DNA from: Octopus sinensis
Taxonomy: Eukaryota
Length of the DNA stretch: 64,000 bases
Reading direction: 5' to 3'
Assembly: GCF_006345805.1 (NCBI RefSeq)
Contig: NC_043005.1
Coordinates: forward strand, 8,432,001-8,496,000
Both the position numbers and the translations under genes were made by a program. A model generated the notes under the pieces. That model was not told the origin of the DNA, made no database searches, and saw only the letters and a list, made by a program, of their open reading frames with translations. Shown here in pieces: positions 26,109 to 39,314 of this stretch (the stretch's first letter is position 1; each line of letters begins with the position of its first letter).

Positions 26109-26518
26109 TACGTATCTGTACACACGCACACACACACACACACACACGCACGCACGCACACACCACACACACACACATACACACACACACACTCACACAC
26201 ACACACACACATACATAAATGTAAAAACTGCGTGGACTTCGATAATAAATAAATAGAAAATTTCTGGAAACTACTCTCTTATGGAATTTTCCTATCTTAT
26301 CGTTGACCGCTCGAAATAGGGAGTAATAATCAGTCGATAACTGAGGAGCTCGACTTCTGGTATTTTGTCCCGTACTTTTATCCCGTTATGTGTTTACGTA
26401 TTTTTCAATAGTTGTTGATGTGGTGTTCTAAATTGTGTCTTTTTCGGCCCATTGTCCTCTACATGTCTTTCGTGTGTTTACGTGTTTTTCACTCGTTGGT
26501 GATGTCCTGTACTTAATG

Positions 26519-26600
<82 letters not shown>

Positions 26601-26605
<5 letters not shown>

Positions 26606-26802
26606 TACTCGCATAGCCAGTGATTTGATCTGAGATCGTGTGCCGGAACGAAAACAATTGCAGCGTGGAAGGTGTTTGTAAGCCATTTAAGAAACACACA
26701 AAAGCCGTTCGATTCACTTCACCATTTAAGTATAATTTGTCAAAATATTTTCGTCGCTAAAATCCGCGACATGTTCACTGACAAAAATCCGTGCTGCATC
26801 TG
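26601..26802 (-). mobile_element. Family I short element
   Basis: Colinear with 3843-4045; abuts (GA)n/(TA)n. Confidence 0.75.
26736..26785 (-). ncRNA. Type I hammerhead-like fold, G3:C8 core variant
   Basis: Minus strand TTTGTCA / GTGAACA / T / GTCGC-GGATTTTA-GCGAC / GAAA / ATAT / TT / TGACAAA. Confidence 0.65.
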
Positions 26803-28136
26803 AGAAAGTAACAGTTAGTTCGTCATATATATGTACGTATGTATGTGTGTATGTATGTATACATGCATGTATGCATGTATGTATGTATATATGTACGTAC
26901 ATACGCCTGTGTATGCATGTATGTATGTATGTATGTATGTACGTATGTATGTATGTATATATGTATGTGTGTGTATATGCACGCACATACACACTATAAA
27001 CATAAAGTTATAAACCTGTAGTGATGGATAGATGTAGACTGACCACTCATCACAATAATATCAACTTTCAACCTCTCCCTCCGAAACTAGGAAGTGATTT
27101 ACGACCCTCACCCCCAAAACAAAACCCTAAAACTTATTATCAGACATTTATCTCTATATCACAGAACTTTTGTTTTACTATTACTTGTTTTTTCCCCTCC
27201 TGACATCTAGTTAGTTCAGGTCAAATATATATACGTATGTATGTGTGTATGTATGTACGTATGTATGTATGTGTGTATGTACGTACGTACGCATGTGCGT
27301 ATGTATGTATACGTGCACGTATGCCTGTGCCCATGTATGTGTGTGCGTACATGTACGTGCGTATGTACGTGTGTATGCCCATACGTAGGTATGTATGTAT
27401 GTATGTATGTTTGTACTCGTGTGCTACGTATGTATGTGAGTGTCTAGGAGAATGTGCAGATTCGTCTGTGGGAGTGTATACATGTGTATGTGTATGTGAA
27501 CGTATGTCCGTGTACTGGTATGTGTCCGTCCAAGTTGTGTACATGACTGTTACTTTCTTGAAGGTTGTATACATGCTCGCATATATGTTTGTATAGACGC
27601 ACCCACATATATATATATGTGTGTGGGTGTGTGTTTGTTCCTCTCATCACCGTCTAACTGTGAATGGATGCAACGTTTAGGTGCAACTGTGCACATATAA
27701 CCATATCCATATACGCAAGTACACACAATCATATAGACACACCCATAAATATACATATAATCTTAAAATACTCGTATATTCTAATCCACTTCTACATACA
27801 TATGTCCTATTACACACATACACACACACACACGCATACACACACGCACACACGCGCATAAACATACATACGCACACCCACACGCACATACATACAAAAT
27901 GCGACACAGTATATTATATTTATATATGCATAAACGCATACATATATACAATACATACATACATCCATACATGCTCATATGTGTATGCATGTGCATTTTA
28001 TTTTTGTTTTATAGCATCACACACGCACATACGTATCAAACAACGTACGCTCATACGGTTATATATAACTGCACATACGCATTGCAACATGTATGTATGG
28101 ATTACAAGTAAACGAGAGAGAGAGAGAGAGGGGTGG

Positions 28137-28585
28137 TTATAGAATGGTCCTCCTGAATGGGATCTGGATGTTACTCCATTCGGATTTTCGGTTGAGAGTA
28201 GGTTTGTATTCTTGTATACAAACAGCTTCTGTGACCTGTCTCAACATTGCATCGGTGGGATGTGTTGATAGGATGTTCAACTTAAGTTTCCCTAAGGATC
28301 TTTTGTGGCAGTCTACGGCATGTTGGTAGAAGATGGAGTTTGGCTTCCTTTCAATGTAGTTGTCCAAGTGTCCTTTGAACCTATCATTGATGCTTCTAGA
28401 AGTCTCACCTATGTATGACTCTGGGTTAGTCGCGCAAGCTCCTTCTTGGCACTTAATCTGGTATAGAGTGCCCTTGGTGTTGCAGTTTACATGTGGATTT
28501 CTCGAACATACTGCACACTTACTTTGACATGTGATTCTATCAAATGGATATGATCTGGATAATGCCGATTTGATAGTCCTACCTG

Positions 28586-28586
<1 letters not shown>
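28137..28586 (-). mobile_element. Penelope-like element, intact GIY-YIG endonuclease C-terminal fragment
   Basis: C..C...C...GTLYQIKC...YIGETSRSINDRFKGH...EAVCIQEYKPTLNRKSE; bounded by (TA)n and (GA)n. Confidence 0.9.
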
Positions 28587-28623
<37 letters not shown>

Positions 28624-28626
28624 AAT

Positions 28627-28709
<83 letters not shown>

Positions 28710-29495
28710 TGTATATATACATACATATATATAAATATATGTATAGATGTACATATTTATATTATATATATATATATATATATAATATATATAATATATA
28801 TTATATATTATATATATATATATATATACATACAGACTCACACACACACACATTCATATATACATATACATCTATTTATATGTATATATATATATATATA
28901 TATATCACATCAGTATAAATGGAGTATGCGTTTCAGAAAATTATGAGAAGAGAACAAGGAAAAGTGTAACTATCTCATGATGATAAATATCTTTTCAACA
29001 CTCCGAGAAACTGTTATGGAATAGATTTACATTAATACTGTTTTAGATTGAATGATGGAAACATTTGATATGATTTTCTAAGACTTCTCTGTTCATTGTG
29101 TGGGAAAAGAGCGCACTTAAAATTCACAAACTATCAACTATTAACCAAAATTATTTGCTAGATTTTTTAATGAGAATGAACTACATTTATGGAAATACAT
29201 TTAAATTTACTTTTGCTTCCCCGTGATAGAAACGTTTACATTAATTCATTAGTCTCAAGTATTTGAATGGAATTGAAAGAGATCGTTATTGTTGGCTATC
29301 TTACCAAACTAATTTCAACAAGACTACTAATTTGGTTGACTTACTGTGTTGTAGTTTCAATAGCAAAGCTACCCAAACGTTATTTGGAGATTCAGGAAAA
29401 AACAATTAAATACTGGTAGGCCATTGACCGGAGAAGCTTCCCTGACAAAAGTAGTCGTGCGTCGAATTTCTCGTTCTTTTTGTTGCTGTCATTGT

Positions 29496-29728
29496 GGCTG
29501 GAGCTGGCAGAAACGTTAGCGCGCCGGGCGAAATGCTTTACGGTATTTCGTCTGCGTTACGTTGTGAGTTCAAATTCCGCCGAGGTCGACTTTGCCTTTC
29601 ATCCTTTCGGGGTCGATAAATTAAGTACCAGTTACGCACTGGGGTCGATATAATTGACTTAATACCTATGGCTGTCCTTGTTTGTCCCCATCTGTGTTTA
29701 GCCCCTTGTGGGTAATAAAGAAATAGGT
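29496..29728 (+). mobile_element. SINE family A
   Basis: Same head, body and AAAGAAATAGGT tail; followed by (GTT)/(CTT)/(ATT) arrays. Confidence 0.9.
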
Positions 29729-29770
29729 GTTGTTGTTGTTGTTGTTTTTCTTCTTCTTCTTCTTCTTCTT

Positions 29771-29845
<75 letters not shown>

Positions 29846-30389
29846 TGAGTGAGAGAGCAGTGCATGCCATCAAAGTGACACTGGGGTAAAATATATGATG
29901 CCCAGCATACCCACCATGACTACCCGTCTGATAAAGGTACACCAGGCACATGCATCACAACCATATGTGCGCGACATGGTGATCTCGTATCAAGATAAAC
30001 AGCACATGACCTTGCAGGTGGGGCCCAGTTAGAAGTTTCTTCAGGTTGAGTAGCCCATCCCGCTCAAAAGGTCCCTGAATAAGGGTTGTTTAAGGATGTT
30101 GAAAGAACCACCCATGTTTCCAGAGGTGAATTATTCAAACCCCAAAGAATCCCTCTCAACACATGGCTATGATGCTCCCCCACTACTTCTGCTCGTGATC
30201 AGAGATGCACATACCATCAGCCACTAAGGGACATGCTCAACTGGTTAAGGTCAAAATCTGTGGTATTGAGCAGAATATTTGCTGTAGCCCATCTTTTATA
30301 CCAAGACAAAACAATGTACATGATAACACTTCCAATCAGTTAAGATCAGAAGCCATGAGAGCCACTGCCTGGTACTGCATCAGGGCATT
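29846..30389 (-). mobile_element. Non-coding 540-bp element (family E) in (TAA)n
   Basis: Shares its left end TGAGTGAGAGAGCAGTGCATGCC with copies at 39315 and 39921; right ends variable; no ORF of 60 aa or more internal to it. Confidence 0.8.
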
Positions 30390-30451
30390 TTATTATTATT
30401 ATTATTATCATTATTATTATTATTACTATTATTATTATTATTATTATTATG

Positions 30452-30525
<74 letters not shown>

Positions 30526-30539
30526 TATTATTATTACTA

Positions 30540-30573
<34 letters not shown>

Positions 30574-30578
<5 letters not shown>

Positions 30579-30618
30579 TAGTTTTATTTTTATAGCGTGC
30601 TTTCACTTCACTACCGAG
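30574..30618 (-). mobile_element. 45-bp terminal stub of the 42178 Dong family
   Basis: Reverse complement GGTAGTGAAGTGAAAGCACGCTATAAAAATAAAACTACTGAAT is identical to the end of the 42178 copy; inside an (ATT)n array. Confidence 0.8.
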
Positions 30619-30647
30619 ATTATTATTATTACTATTATTATTATTAC

Positions 30648-30692
<45 letters not shown>

Positions 30693-30699
30693 CATTATA

Positions 30700-30730
<31 letters not shown>

Positions 30731-30735
30731 TATTA

Positions 30736-30778
<43 letters not shown>

Positions 30779-30797
30779 GTCAGTATTACTATTATTC

Positions 30798-30965
30798 AAG
30801 GTGGTGAGCTGGCTGAATCGTTAGCAAGCTGGGCAAAATGAGTGGTGCCGTTTCGTCTGTCGCTACTTTATGAGTTCAAATTTCGCCGAGTGAAACACTG
30901 GGCTCGATGTAATCGTCTTATTCCCCCCCCCCCAATGACCTCTCCCTGTGGTAAAATTTGAAAGT
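30798..30965 (+). mobile_element. Diverged, internally deleted SINE A'
   Basis: AAGGTGGTGAGCTGGCTGAATCGTTAGC head, GAGTTCAAATTTCGCCGAG, CACTGGGCTCGATGTAATCG; between (ATT)n tracts. Confidence 0.6.
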
Positions 30966-30980
30966 ATTGTTATTATTATT

Positions 30981-32216
30981 TCTTTTGTTGGAACTCCTGG
31001 AGACTTGTACGTGTAGCGGGCTTGCTACCTGCAGCCTACGGTACCATGCTATCCATTCTTTTCAGCTATCTAATACTTTCCTGATTCATCTGGCCGTACC
31101 AAGGAGGCAAACCTTTTGTAATAGTTCTGCTAGGCGCTCTATTCCAATTTCTTTGATATTCCTCTTGATGCCTTCTGATATTGTTCCTAAGGACCCAACA
31201 ATAATGAGCACTTTCTTCACCTTCTTCATTTTCCATAGCCGGGCTACTTCTTACTGAAGGTTGTCGTATTTATCTTCACCTTTCTTCTTGACTATTCGTG
31301 GGTCAGAGAGGTATGCAACATCAACAGTATAGTACATCTTCTTTTCGACCACCGCTAGGTTCGATCTGTATTGCTCTAACACCTGATCCATTTGGACTGG
31401 GAAATCCCAGATGCAGAGGATTTTGCTAGTCTCCGACTCCACCACTCTCTGCGATTTATGCTCACAACCCATCTTACCTCTCTCTAGTTCCCACTTTTCG
31501 CACATTTTCCAATGCAGGACACTCACAACCTGATCATGTCGCCAAAATTGGTAGTGATTTTGGGCAAGTCTAAGGCCATGGTATCATCTACTCTATTATA
31601 GATGCGGCACAGCGGATACGCTTGCTCATTTCAAAGGTTGATCTTTCAGTTGGCCAAATCTTGGTTTTGCGCTGCCAGTAAGTGCGCTCGGTCTCACTTT
31701 TTAGTGTTTCTTTCTTTAGCCAATCCCACCAATCTTTTCCAGCAACTTATGTTGTAGCTATAGGGAACTGACTGTGCAGTCCCTTGTTAGGTAATTCTTC
31801 TTCGTGTTCTTTCCGTATTTTATCCTTCGTTTTTCCTTTTTTTCTGCTTTCAATACTCCGTCATTCCTAACTGACACTAGCAAGGTTTCCTTACTTTGGG
31901 CTGGGTATCTCATTAAGCCCTTCCACACATGTCAGTCCCCTTCCTCCAGTTGCTCTCTCCATATATAGGCGATATGTGTCTGCACATGGATAATGGACTC
32001 CATATATCGTTAGGAGATTTCTTGAATTCCTGTCCATCTCCTTTAGCTCCTTCTCTGTCCACTTCAGGATTTCAGCACCATACCTAACTACTGCAACTGT
32101 GGGCGGGTTTATTGGCGAAATTATGTTTCTGGCATTTATCTTTGAAGCCAGTGTTTCCTCACTCTTTTTCTCTTTTTCCTTTGTGTGGTTGTGTTTAATT
32201 CCATCTGCCTCAAAAA
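30981..32216 (-). mobile_element. Degenerate R4/Dong-type 3' fragment
   Basis: Frameshifted motifs: AVVRYGAEILKWT, GGRGL, KILCIWDFPVQMD, IIVGSLG, KVCLLGTAR; 3'UTR ends in (TAA). Confidence 0.8.
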
Positions 32217-33072
32217 TCTAGATTTCAAAACATAAAATTGTCCCCACACTGGAATATCGGTGAGTTTGTCTGCTTCCTATAATGCGATACAATCTTACAA
32301 AAGAAGGTGAGTAGAGAAGCGTGTAATGAGTTGGGCACTGCTCAATTTAGATCAATCAAAAGTCTTCGTTAGAGTCAACGACCGATACTTAGCGGTTATC
32401 CTCCCTATAGGATTTGATTTCAGTACAGGCTTCCGAGGCCAAATCGCCTCGATGCACAACGACATATGTTCGGCGTGGATCCCCTGAGTGGATCATCAGA
32501 ACCATTCAGTTTCAAGCTTTAGGTTTGAAAATATATTCCTTTCTCGTCTCATCTGTATGCCCAGACTCTTCAGCCACCACTGCGGAAGCTAAACACGTTG
32601 AGGGGCATCTTGTGCAAACAAGAATGGACAGAGTGATGTCGGCATATGCGATCGATATCAACCTCCTAGCGTTGGACACCACAGCTTGACCAAGGTAATT
32701 GGTACCGTGCAAAAATAAAGTACGATAGAGTATAATGAGGTCAGTTGAATCAGCTAATAAGTTGCCTGATTTATGAGTTTTTGCCAATTTAAGAGATATT
32801 TCTTGGTATATAAGCAGGAGAGACGGATAAAATAAAGAATTTGTTAAATAATATAAAATAGAGTCAAAACAGAAATAGAAAAAAAATCAACTCAAATGGA
32901 TTTTGTTTGATATGTGAAAGAGAACTGCTGCTTTTCTAAGAACACAGGACACTCACCGAAGCACATATTTATAGACACATATATGTATACACACATACAT
33001 ATACAGGCGCACACATATATGCACTCATATATACTTATATAAATATACATACATACATATATATATATATAA

Positions 33073-33139
<67 letters not shown>

Positions 33140-33539
33140 CATGCATATACAAGTACATACATGCATTCATATACAATATATATATATATGTATGTGAGTG
33201 TAAGTGTGTATGTGTGTGATTGTGTGAGTATGTGATTTGTGTGTGTGTGTGCATATGTGTCAGTATATCTATGTATTTATTTCTCAAATTTCCTAATGAA
33301 TTTATTAGCAGCATTAATTCTTATTTTCAATTATTTTTGCCAAACGGAGAAAACTTGAGTTTGTTTCCTTGTGTGTGTCCGTTACATTAAATAATAATAC
33401 TCACTTGGTGAGTCGGAAAAATTAATTAAATTAACTTCATCTAAAACAGGAAAGATTGCTTAGGGCCAGTTGATCAGACAAAACAGAACGTCGACATGAA
33501 CAACAATCTGCAGTACAAGAAAAAACAAAAAACATCATA

Positions 33540-33733
33540 AGATTAATAATAATGATAACAATTATAATTATAGGAGTGATAACATTACTAGCTGTCACAA
33601 TAATAGTAGTGCTAGTAAAAATAATATTAATTATATTGATATAACAACAACAATAATGACAACAACAACAATAATAATAATAATAATGATAATAATAATA
33701 ATAATGATAATAATGATAATAATAATAATAATG

Positions 33734-33764
<31 letters not shown>

Positions 33765-33879
33765 TAATAATGATGATAATAATAATAATAAATAATAATA
33801 ATAATGATAATAATAATAATAATGATAATAAAGATATTGATATAACAACAACAATAACAACAACAACAACAGCAACAAC

Positions 33880-33926
<47 letters not shown>

Positions 33927-34045
33927 TAATAATAATAATAATAATGATAATAATGATAATAATAATAATAATAATAATGATAATAATGATGATAATAATA
34001 ATAATAATAAATAATAATAATAATGATAATAATAATAATAATAAT
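33540..34045. repeat. Compound (TAA)/(TGA)/(CAA) microsatellite; similar arrays at 21650-21770, 29750-29845, 30390-30800, 35439-35580, 39780-39920, 42080-43050, 46560-46755
   Basis: Direct inspection; these arrays produce the poly-I/Y/N/L spurious ORFs. Confidence 0.95.
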
Positions 34046-34454
34046 GACTCTTTTTAATTTTGGCACAAAGTCAGCAAATGTTTAAAGGAATGTGGAAATC
34101 GATAGCGATCAGTACTTATTTTATCGACTCGACTTGGAAAGGACGATACCGGCAGAATTTGAATTCAGAACGTAAAGACGCTAAGCAATTTTATCGGTAT
34201 GTTAAGGATTCTGTCAGGTCGTCGAATTCATAATAATAATAATAATGATAATAATAATAATAATAATAATGACTCTTTTTAATTTTTGCACAAAGTCAGC
34301 AAATGTTTAAAGGAATGGGGAAATCGATAGCGATCAGTACTTATTTTATCGACTCGACTTGGAAAGGACGACACCGGCAGAATTTGAATTCAGAACGTAA
34401 AGACCCTAAGCAAGTTTATCGGTATGTTAAGGATTCTGTCAGATCGTCGAATTC
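34046..34454 (-). mobile_element. Two tandem copies of a diverged SINE A' separated by (TAA)n
   Basis: 184-bp units at 34046-34229 and 34271-34454, nearly identical; reverse complement contains TTACGTTCTGAATTCAAATTCTGCCGG and GTCGATAAAATAAGTAC. Confidence 0.7.
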
Positions 34455-34546
<92 letters not shown>

Positions 34547-34548
<2 letters not shown>

Positions 34549-35438
34549 TGTTGACCAGAAGCAAACCCATCAATGGCTACGGAGCTCAGGGCTAAAAGCA
34601 GAGAGCGAAGGTTTCATCCTGGCTGCTCAAGATCAAAGCCTATTAACCCGGAACTACCAGGCCAATGTGATGAAAAATGGAGCAGACCCAAAATGCCGAT
34701 TCTGCAACGACATGATTGAAACAGTGGACCACCTAATCTCTGGATGTAAAGTCTTAGCACCAGTGGAGTATAAATTAAGACATGACAGAGTTGGCCAATA
34801 TCTCCACTGGCTAATAAGTCGGCATTACAATATCAAAACTGCCGACAAGTGGTATAATCACCACCCTGAGGCTGTAACTGAAGGAGAAAATGTAACCATT
34901 CTGTGGGACTTTCCAGTACATACAGACCGAACCATCAAGGCCAATAAACCAGATATTGTTGTGAAAGACCAAAACAATAAAGTTTGCTTATTGATCGACA
35001 TGAGCATCCCCTGTGATCATAATATCTCAGCGAAAGAGTTTGACAAGCTCAGAAAATATAAAGACCTACTCATTGAAATTGAGAAAATGTGGCATCTCAA
35101 GGTGGTTACAATACCAGTGATCGTAGGAGCACTAGGAATGATCAAGAAGGGAACCGAAAATTATATGAGAATGATCCCTGGCTTACCATCCCTGCAAGAA
35201 GTGCAAAAGATTGTCTTAACTGGTACATCACACGTATTGAGAAGAGCATTGTCGATGTGAGAACTGTTGCTGCTCATGTATTTTAATTTAACTTTAAAAA
35301 AATTTTTTTTTAAATGAACGAACTACTGAGTTTGGTTTAATGGCCTACCAATGTATACTATGAGTTTCTTTGCCCTAGGAGTCGGGAAGACACTCGGCAA
35401 GAAATGGAAGCAAATTTGAAAGAAGAAGAAACAAAAAG
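34547..35438 (+). mobile_element. R4/Dong-type RLE retrotransposon, 3' 0.9 kb, uninterrupted ORF end
   Basis: CRFC...ETVDHLISGC zinc knuckle, RHD, ILWDF, KPDIV...LIDMSIP...KLRKYKDL restriction-like endonuclease; stop at 35260; (TAA)n on both sides. Confidence 0.92.
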
Positions 35439-35458
35439 TAATAATAATAATAATAATA

Positions 35459-35521
<63 letters not shown>

Positions 35522-36069
35522 GGAGAAGAAGAAGAAGAAGAAGAAGGAGAAGAAGAGGAAGAAAAAGAAGCGAGAGAACTTATTTCAATATTCTACAAGA
35601 CTAAAAATTAATGGGTTATCACAAACAAGTATCAATAATGGTGATAATTTCTAACATTGCTAAATATTGAAAGATAAATTACAAAATTATAATTATAATT
35701 AGGTACTAAATTGGGCACTAAGTTATAATTATGTACTAAACCAATATTTGTCAAAGGAGTTTTAATCGATCGCATTGGAAGTGCCCTGTTCTTGACTGGT
35801 ACTTTATTTTCTCTTTTGATTAATGAAAGGCTAATTTGGTTTCAGATTTGACTGACGTTTTCAGTCCAGTAGAGTGTCTGTAGATAAACTGCAATGCATA
35901 TTTCCGACAATGTAGCAATCTTACAATTATACCTTCCTAAAAGTTGTTTTTGATTTTACTAACAAGGACATCAAATTTGGAGAAGCTTAATCAGTCATAC
36001 CCACTACACAATGTAAAGCAAAATTTTACTTTTACCATTCTTCAAAGATTTAAAGATAAATTGAACTCG

Positions 36070-37599
36070 GAGGGATTTGCCGAGGTACAGACGATCAACA
36101 TCTGCTTTTGAGTGGTGCATGTTCTTTGAAGTTAGTAGTTTTCTTGTTTTCCTCTCCAGGCGTTGGAGCTCTGTAAGATTCCAGTTAATGATGTTAAAAT
36201 TATATCGGACTACTGGAAGTGTTAAGGTGCTAATGGCTTCGATGCGATGTTTAGAGTTGAGTTTAGTTTTTAGTATGAGTCTTATTCTCCTGTAATATTC
36301 TTTCCTTATTTCTTTCTTTGTGGTAGCATGTTACTATCTCCTTCGTTTATCCCCAGGTATCTGTAATTTTCCTTGATGGTACTGTTGTTATCTGATATAA
36401 CGGAAGCTGTTTGCCTGGGCTTGCCTCTTACAAAAGTTACTTTAGCACTCTTATCAAGGCCAAAGTCCATCTCGATGTAATTACTGAATTCTTTAACAGT
36501 TTTAGCAGCCCTGCTAGCTCTTTGTCATTTCTAGCAAACAGCTACAGGTCGTCGATATAAAACACACGGTTTATTGTCGTATTGTAAACTTTGAAACCAT
36601 ACCTGATGTTTTCTAGCTCGTTTCGGAGTGGGATCAGTGCCATGCCAAAGAGAAATGGGGAGAGATAGTCCTCTTGAAAGGCGCCTAGTTTGAAGTTGAT
36701 GTTGTTAGTTTGGCTCATCCAATTACTATGGTTTAGAAGGAGACGTGTGTTCCACTTGGCCATACTAACTCGTAAGATGACAGCAGAAATCTTAACTATC
36801 TCAAGGGCCTTGAGTATCAAATTATGTGGGACACTACCAAACGCTTTCCATGTAGTCTATCCATGCCATACTAAGGTTCTTCTTTTTACTCCGTCGATCC
36901 TCTACATTCATTATACTTATGAGTAATTGATCTTTGCACCAACAAGAATTCCTTTCACAGCCTTTTTGAGCTTGTAGAAGGATAGATCTCTATTCAAGGA
37001 AAGTATATATTCTGCCAGTATATTCTGTGAGGATCTTGTAGGTGGTGTTCAGAATGTTATTTGCCGGTAGTTCTTTAGATTTTTTTGTGACTTCAGTTTT
37101 TTGTAGAACGTTCGTTGTTCCTTCGATTAGCAAAGCAAGTATTTGCTCTGGATTGTGGATGACATCAGTTAGGGATGCAACGAAATTTTGGTGTAATTCT
37201 GTCAGACAATTTAGCCAGAAGTTATGAATTCGGTCCAGTCCAGAGGTTTCCCATTTGTGAGACTTCCTCAGAACACAACTTATCTCTTCAATTCCTATCC
37301 CCTCCTATTTCTGCTCTTCAACTTCATCCAGTCTCACTACTTTCTCACGCTCTATCCAGTCAGCTTTAGCATTATATTCTTTTTTGTTAATCCTCCCCCC
37401 AGAACTCTTCAATTTCTTCAATCTTAGCTGGCTTCTCTATTTATTTCTTACCCTCGCCAACTCCTCAATACAATTTCTGTGCATTCGTCTTGAATATCTT
37501 GTTTTATTGATAAAATTTTATTCTTTTGTCATATCTTCTAAGCCATTGGGCTTTCAGTTGTATTCGTTGTTTCAGTTGAGCCTTGGCTGCAGGGAGGTT
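36070..37599 (-). mobile_element. Degenerate R4/Dong-type RT fragment
   Basis: RRYDKRIKFY, GAFQEDYLSPFLF, FYIDDL, DFGLDKSAKV, IRKEYYRRIRLIL, MHHSKADVDRLY recognised across frameshifts. Confidence 0.8.
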
Positions 37600-39085
37600 T
37601 ATACAATCTTTGTATGTTATATAAATTTGTTTGTCCTGGTGATTTTGCTACGTATTTGTCTGAATATTTTGTTTATCACACCTAATGCGCCTACTATGAT
37701 AGAAAATGTTTCTGTTTTTACACCCATATTTGAGTTACCTCTATTTCCAGGTCTTTGTATTTTGAAAGTTTCTCCGTTTCATTTATAGAGAAACATTGTC
37801 ATCTGTTGGTATTGGTACATCGATTAGAAATCATTTTTTTCTTGGTTATTTCTGACAACTATATCCGGCCGACTGGCTTTAATTTCTCTATCTGTGTGTA
37901 GTGGCATATCCCAGATTATGGGTTGCTTTCTCATTTTCTTTTACCTTTTCTGTGTGCCTATACCATCTTTTTTCTGTTGTTATTCCATAGTGCTGGCATA
38001 GCTTCCAGTGTTTATTGGTATAAACTGTGTCGTGTCCGTGAATATATTCCTTCTTAGCAAGGACCACGGATTTACCATACGTTGTCTGTTGCTTTCAAAG
38101 TTTATTCTTTTTTTACGCGTACTATAATTATTTCTCACATTTTTTACTTTTACATTAATCTTTTTTATTTCAAATTCCAGTCTTTATCTTATTGTTTCTT
38201 CTCCCACTCCACATAGTCTGGAGTTACTTGCATTTATTTTCACTTCGTGTTTTTGGTAATTTCTGGTGGGAAGTCTTTGATCTTGTGCTGCGATTAAAAT
38301 CCTTCAGTCTCTGCTTTGATTCCTAAGCTTCTCAGCCATTGTTGGGAGAGTGCTTTATCTATTTCTTTTCTGTTTAGTTTAACCCAGTATTCGCTATGAT
38401 TTTCTTGCTATCGTTTTATCATCATCCGTTGCTGTTCCAGATTTAGTTTGCATATAAGTTGTTTTACAGCTTTCATTGTTTCTTCTTTTTTCTCCATAGT
38501 TGTTAGGTACTATGACTTCTTTTATTTTTTTGCATTTGCCTGCTTCCTTAAAGACTGAAAACAGTTTTTTCTTTTGTTCGTGTTTTATGGCTATTTGTAT
38601 TAGTGTTCCTTGCTTCTGAAGTAGGTATTTCTGTAGTCCTATAGCGGTTATCTTGTAATTGTTTTCTAGTTGTATAAGGCCTCTACGACCATAGATACAT
38701 TATATATATATATATATATAAACTTTCTGTCAGATTTTGGGTGGTGCATCCTAAATCCTGTCAATATTTTTCTTGTTTTCCTGTCTATTTTGATTAGTTC
38801 ATTTAGAGTCCAGTTAAGCATACTGTAGATGTAACTTATAACTGGGACGGCTAAAGTGTTGATACCTATTATCCTATTTTTCGCATTGAGCTCTGTTTGC
38901 AGTACTAATCTAACTTGTCTATAGTAATCTTTTCTTATCTTCTCTTTCATTGATTCCTAAATATTTGCATGCCGAGCTTTGGTCTAATTCTCTTATGTCA
39001 TTTGCTTCATCTAGTGTGATGCTGCTACTCGTAAGTAGTTTACCTCTTTCCAAGGTTGCTTTGGCACATTTTGTCCCCGGTAGAA
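37600..39085 (-). mobile_element. Second degenerate R4/Dong-type element (end of RT to C-terminus)
   Basis: KCAKATLERGK, KYLGINE, KEKIRKDYYRQVRLVLQTELN, AAQDQ, CRLCG, IWD, RPDI, IIVGALG; carries a (TA)n insertion and a 118-bp insertion. Confidence 0.85.
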
Positions 39086-39275
39086 TTGTTAGCATGCCGG
39101 GCAACATGCTCAGCGGTATTTCGTCTGAGTTTACGTTCTGACTTAAAATTCCGCCGAGGTCAACTTTACCTTTCATCCTTTTTGATAAATTAAGTACCAG
39201 CGATGCACTGTGGTCAATGATATCGCCTATTGCCTACGCCCACAATTTCAGGTTTTGTGCGTATTTAGAAAGTAT
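39085..39275 (+). mobile_element. Diverged SINE A'
   Basis: GTTAGCATGCCGGGC...AAATTCCGCCGAGGTCAACTTTACCTTTCATCC...AATTTCAGG tail into (ATT)n. Confidence 0.7.
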
Positions 39276-39314
39276 TATTATTATTATTATCATTATTATT
39301 ATTATTATTATTAT

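Noticed and set aside
32300-32710. GC-richer unique segment with short ORFs and a GTAATT donor
   Set aside because: Stops interrupt the frame leading to the donor and no recognisable domain was found; left unexplained
34424-34546. 278-aa ORF with a poly-Asn N-terminus as a novel fusion protein
   Set aside because: Chance in-frame read-through from a SINE remnant and (AAT)n into a truncated retrotransposon
36070-39085. Apparent circular permutation of one Dong element
   Set aside because: The two parts overlap in protein coverage (end of RT through the MHH.K.D motif) with different sequences, so they are two separate elements
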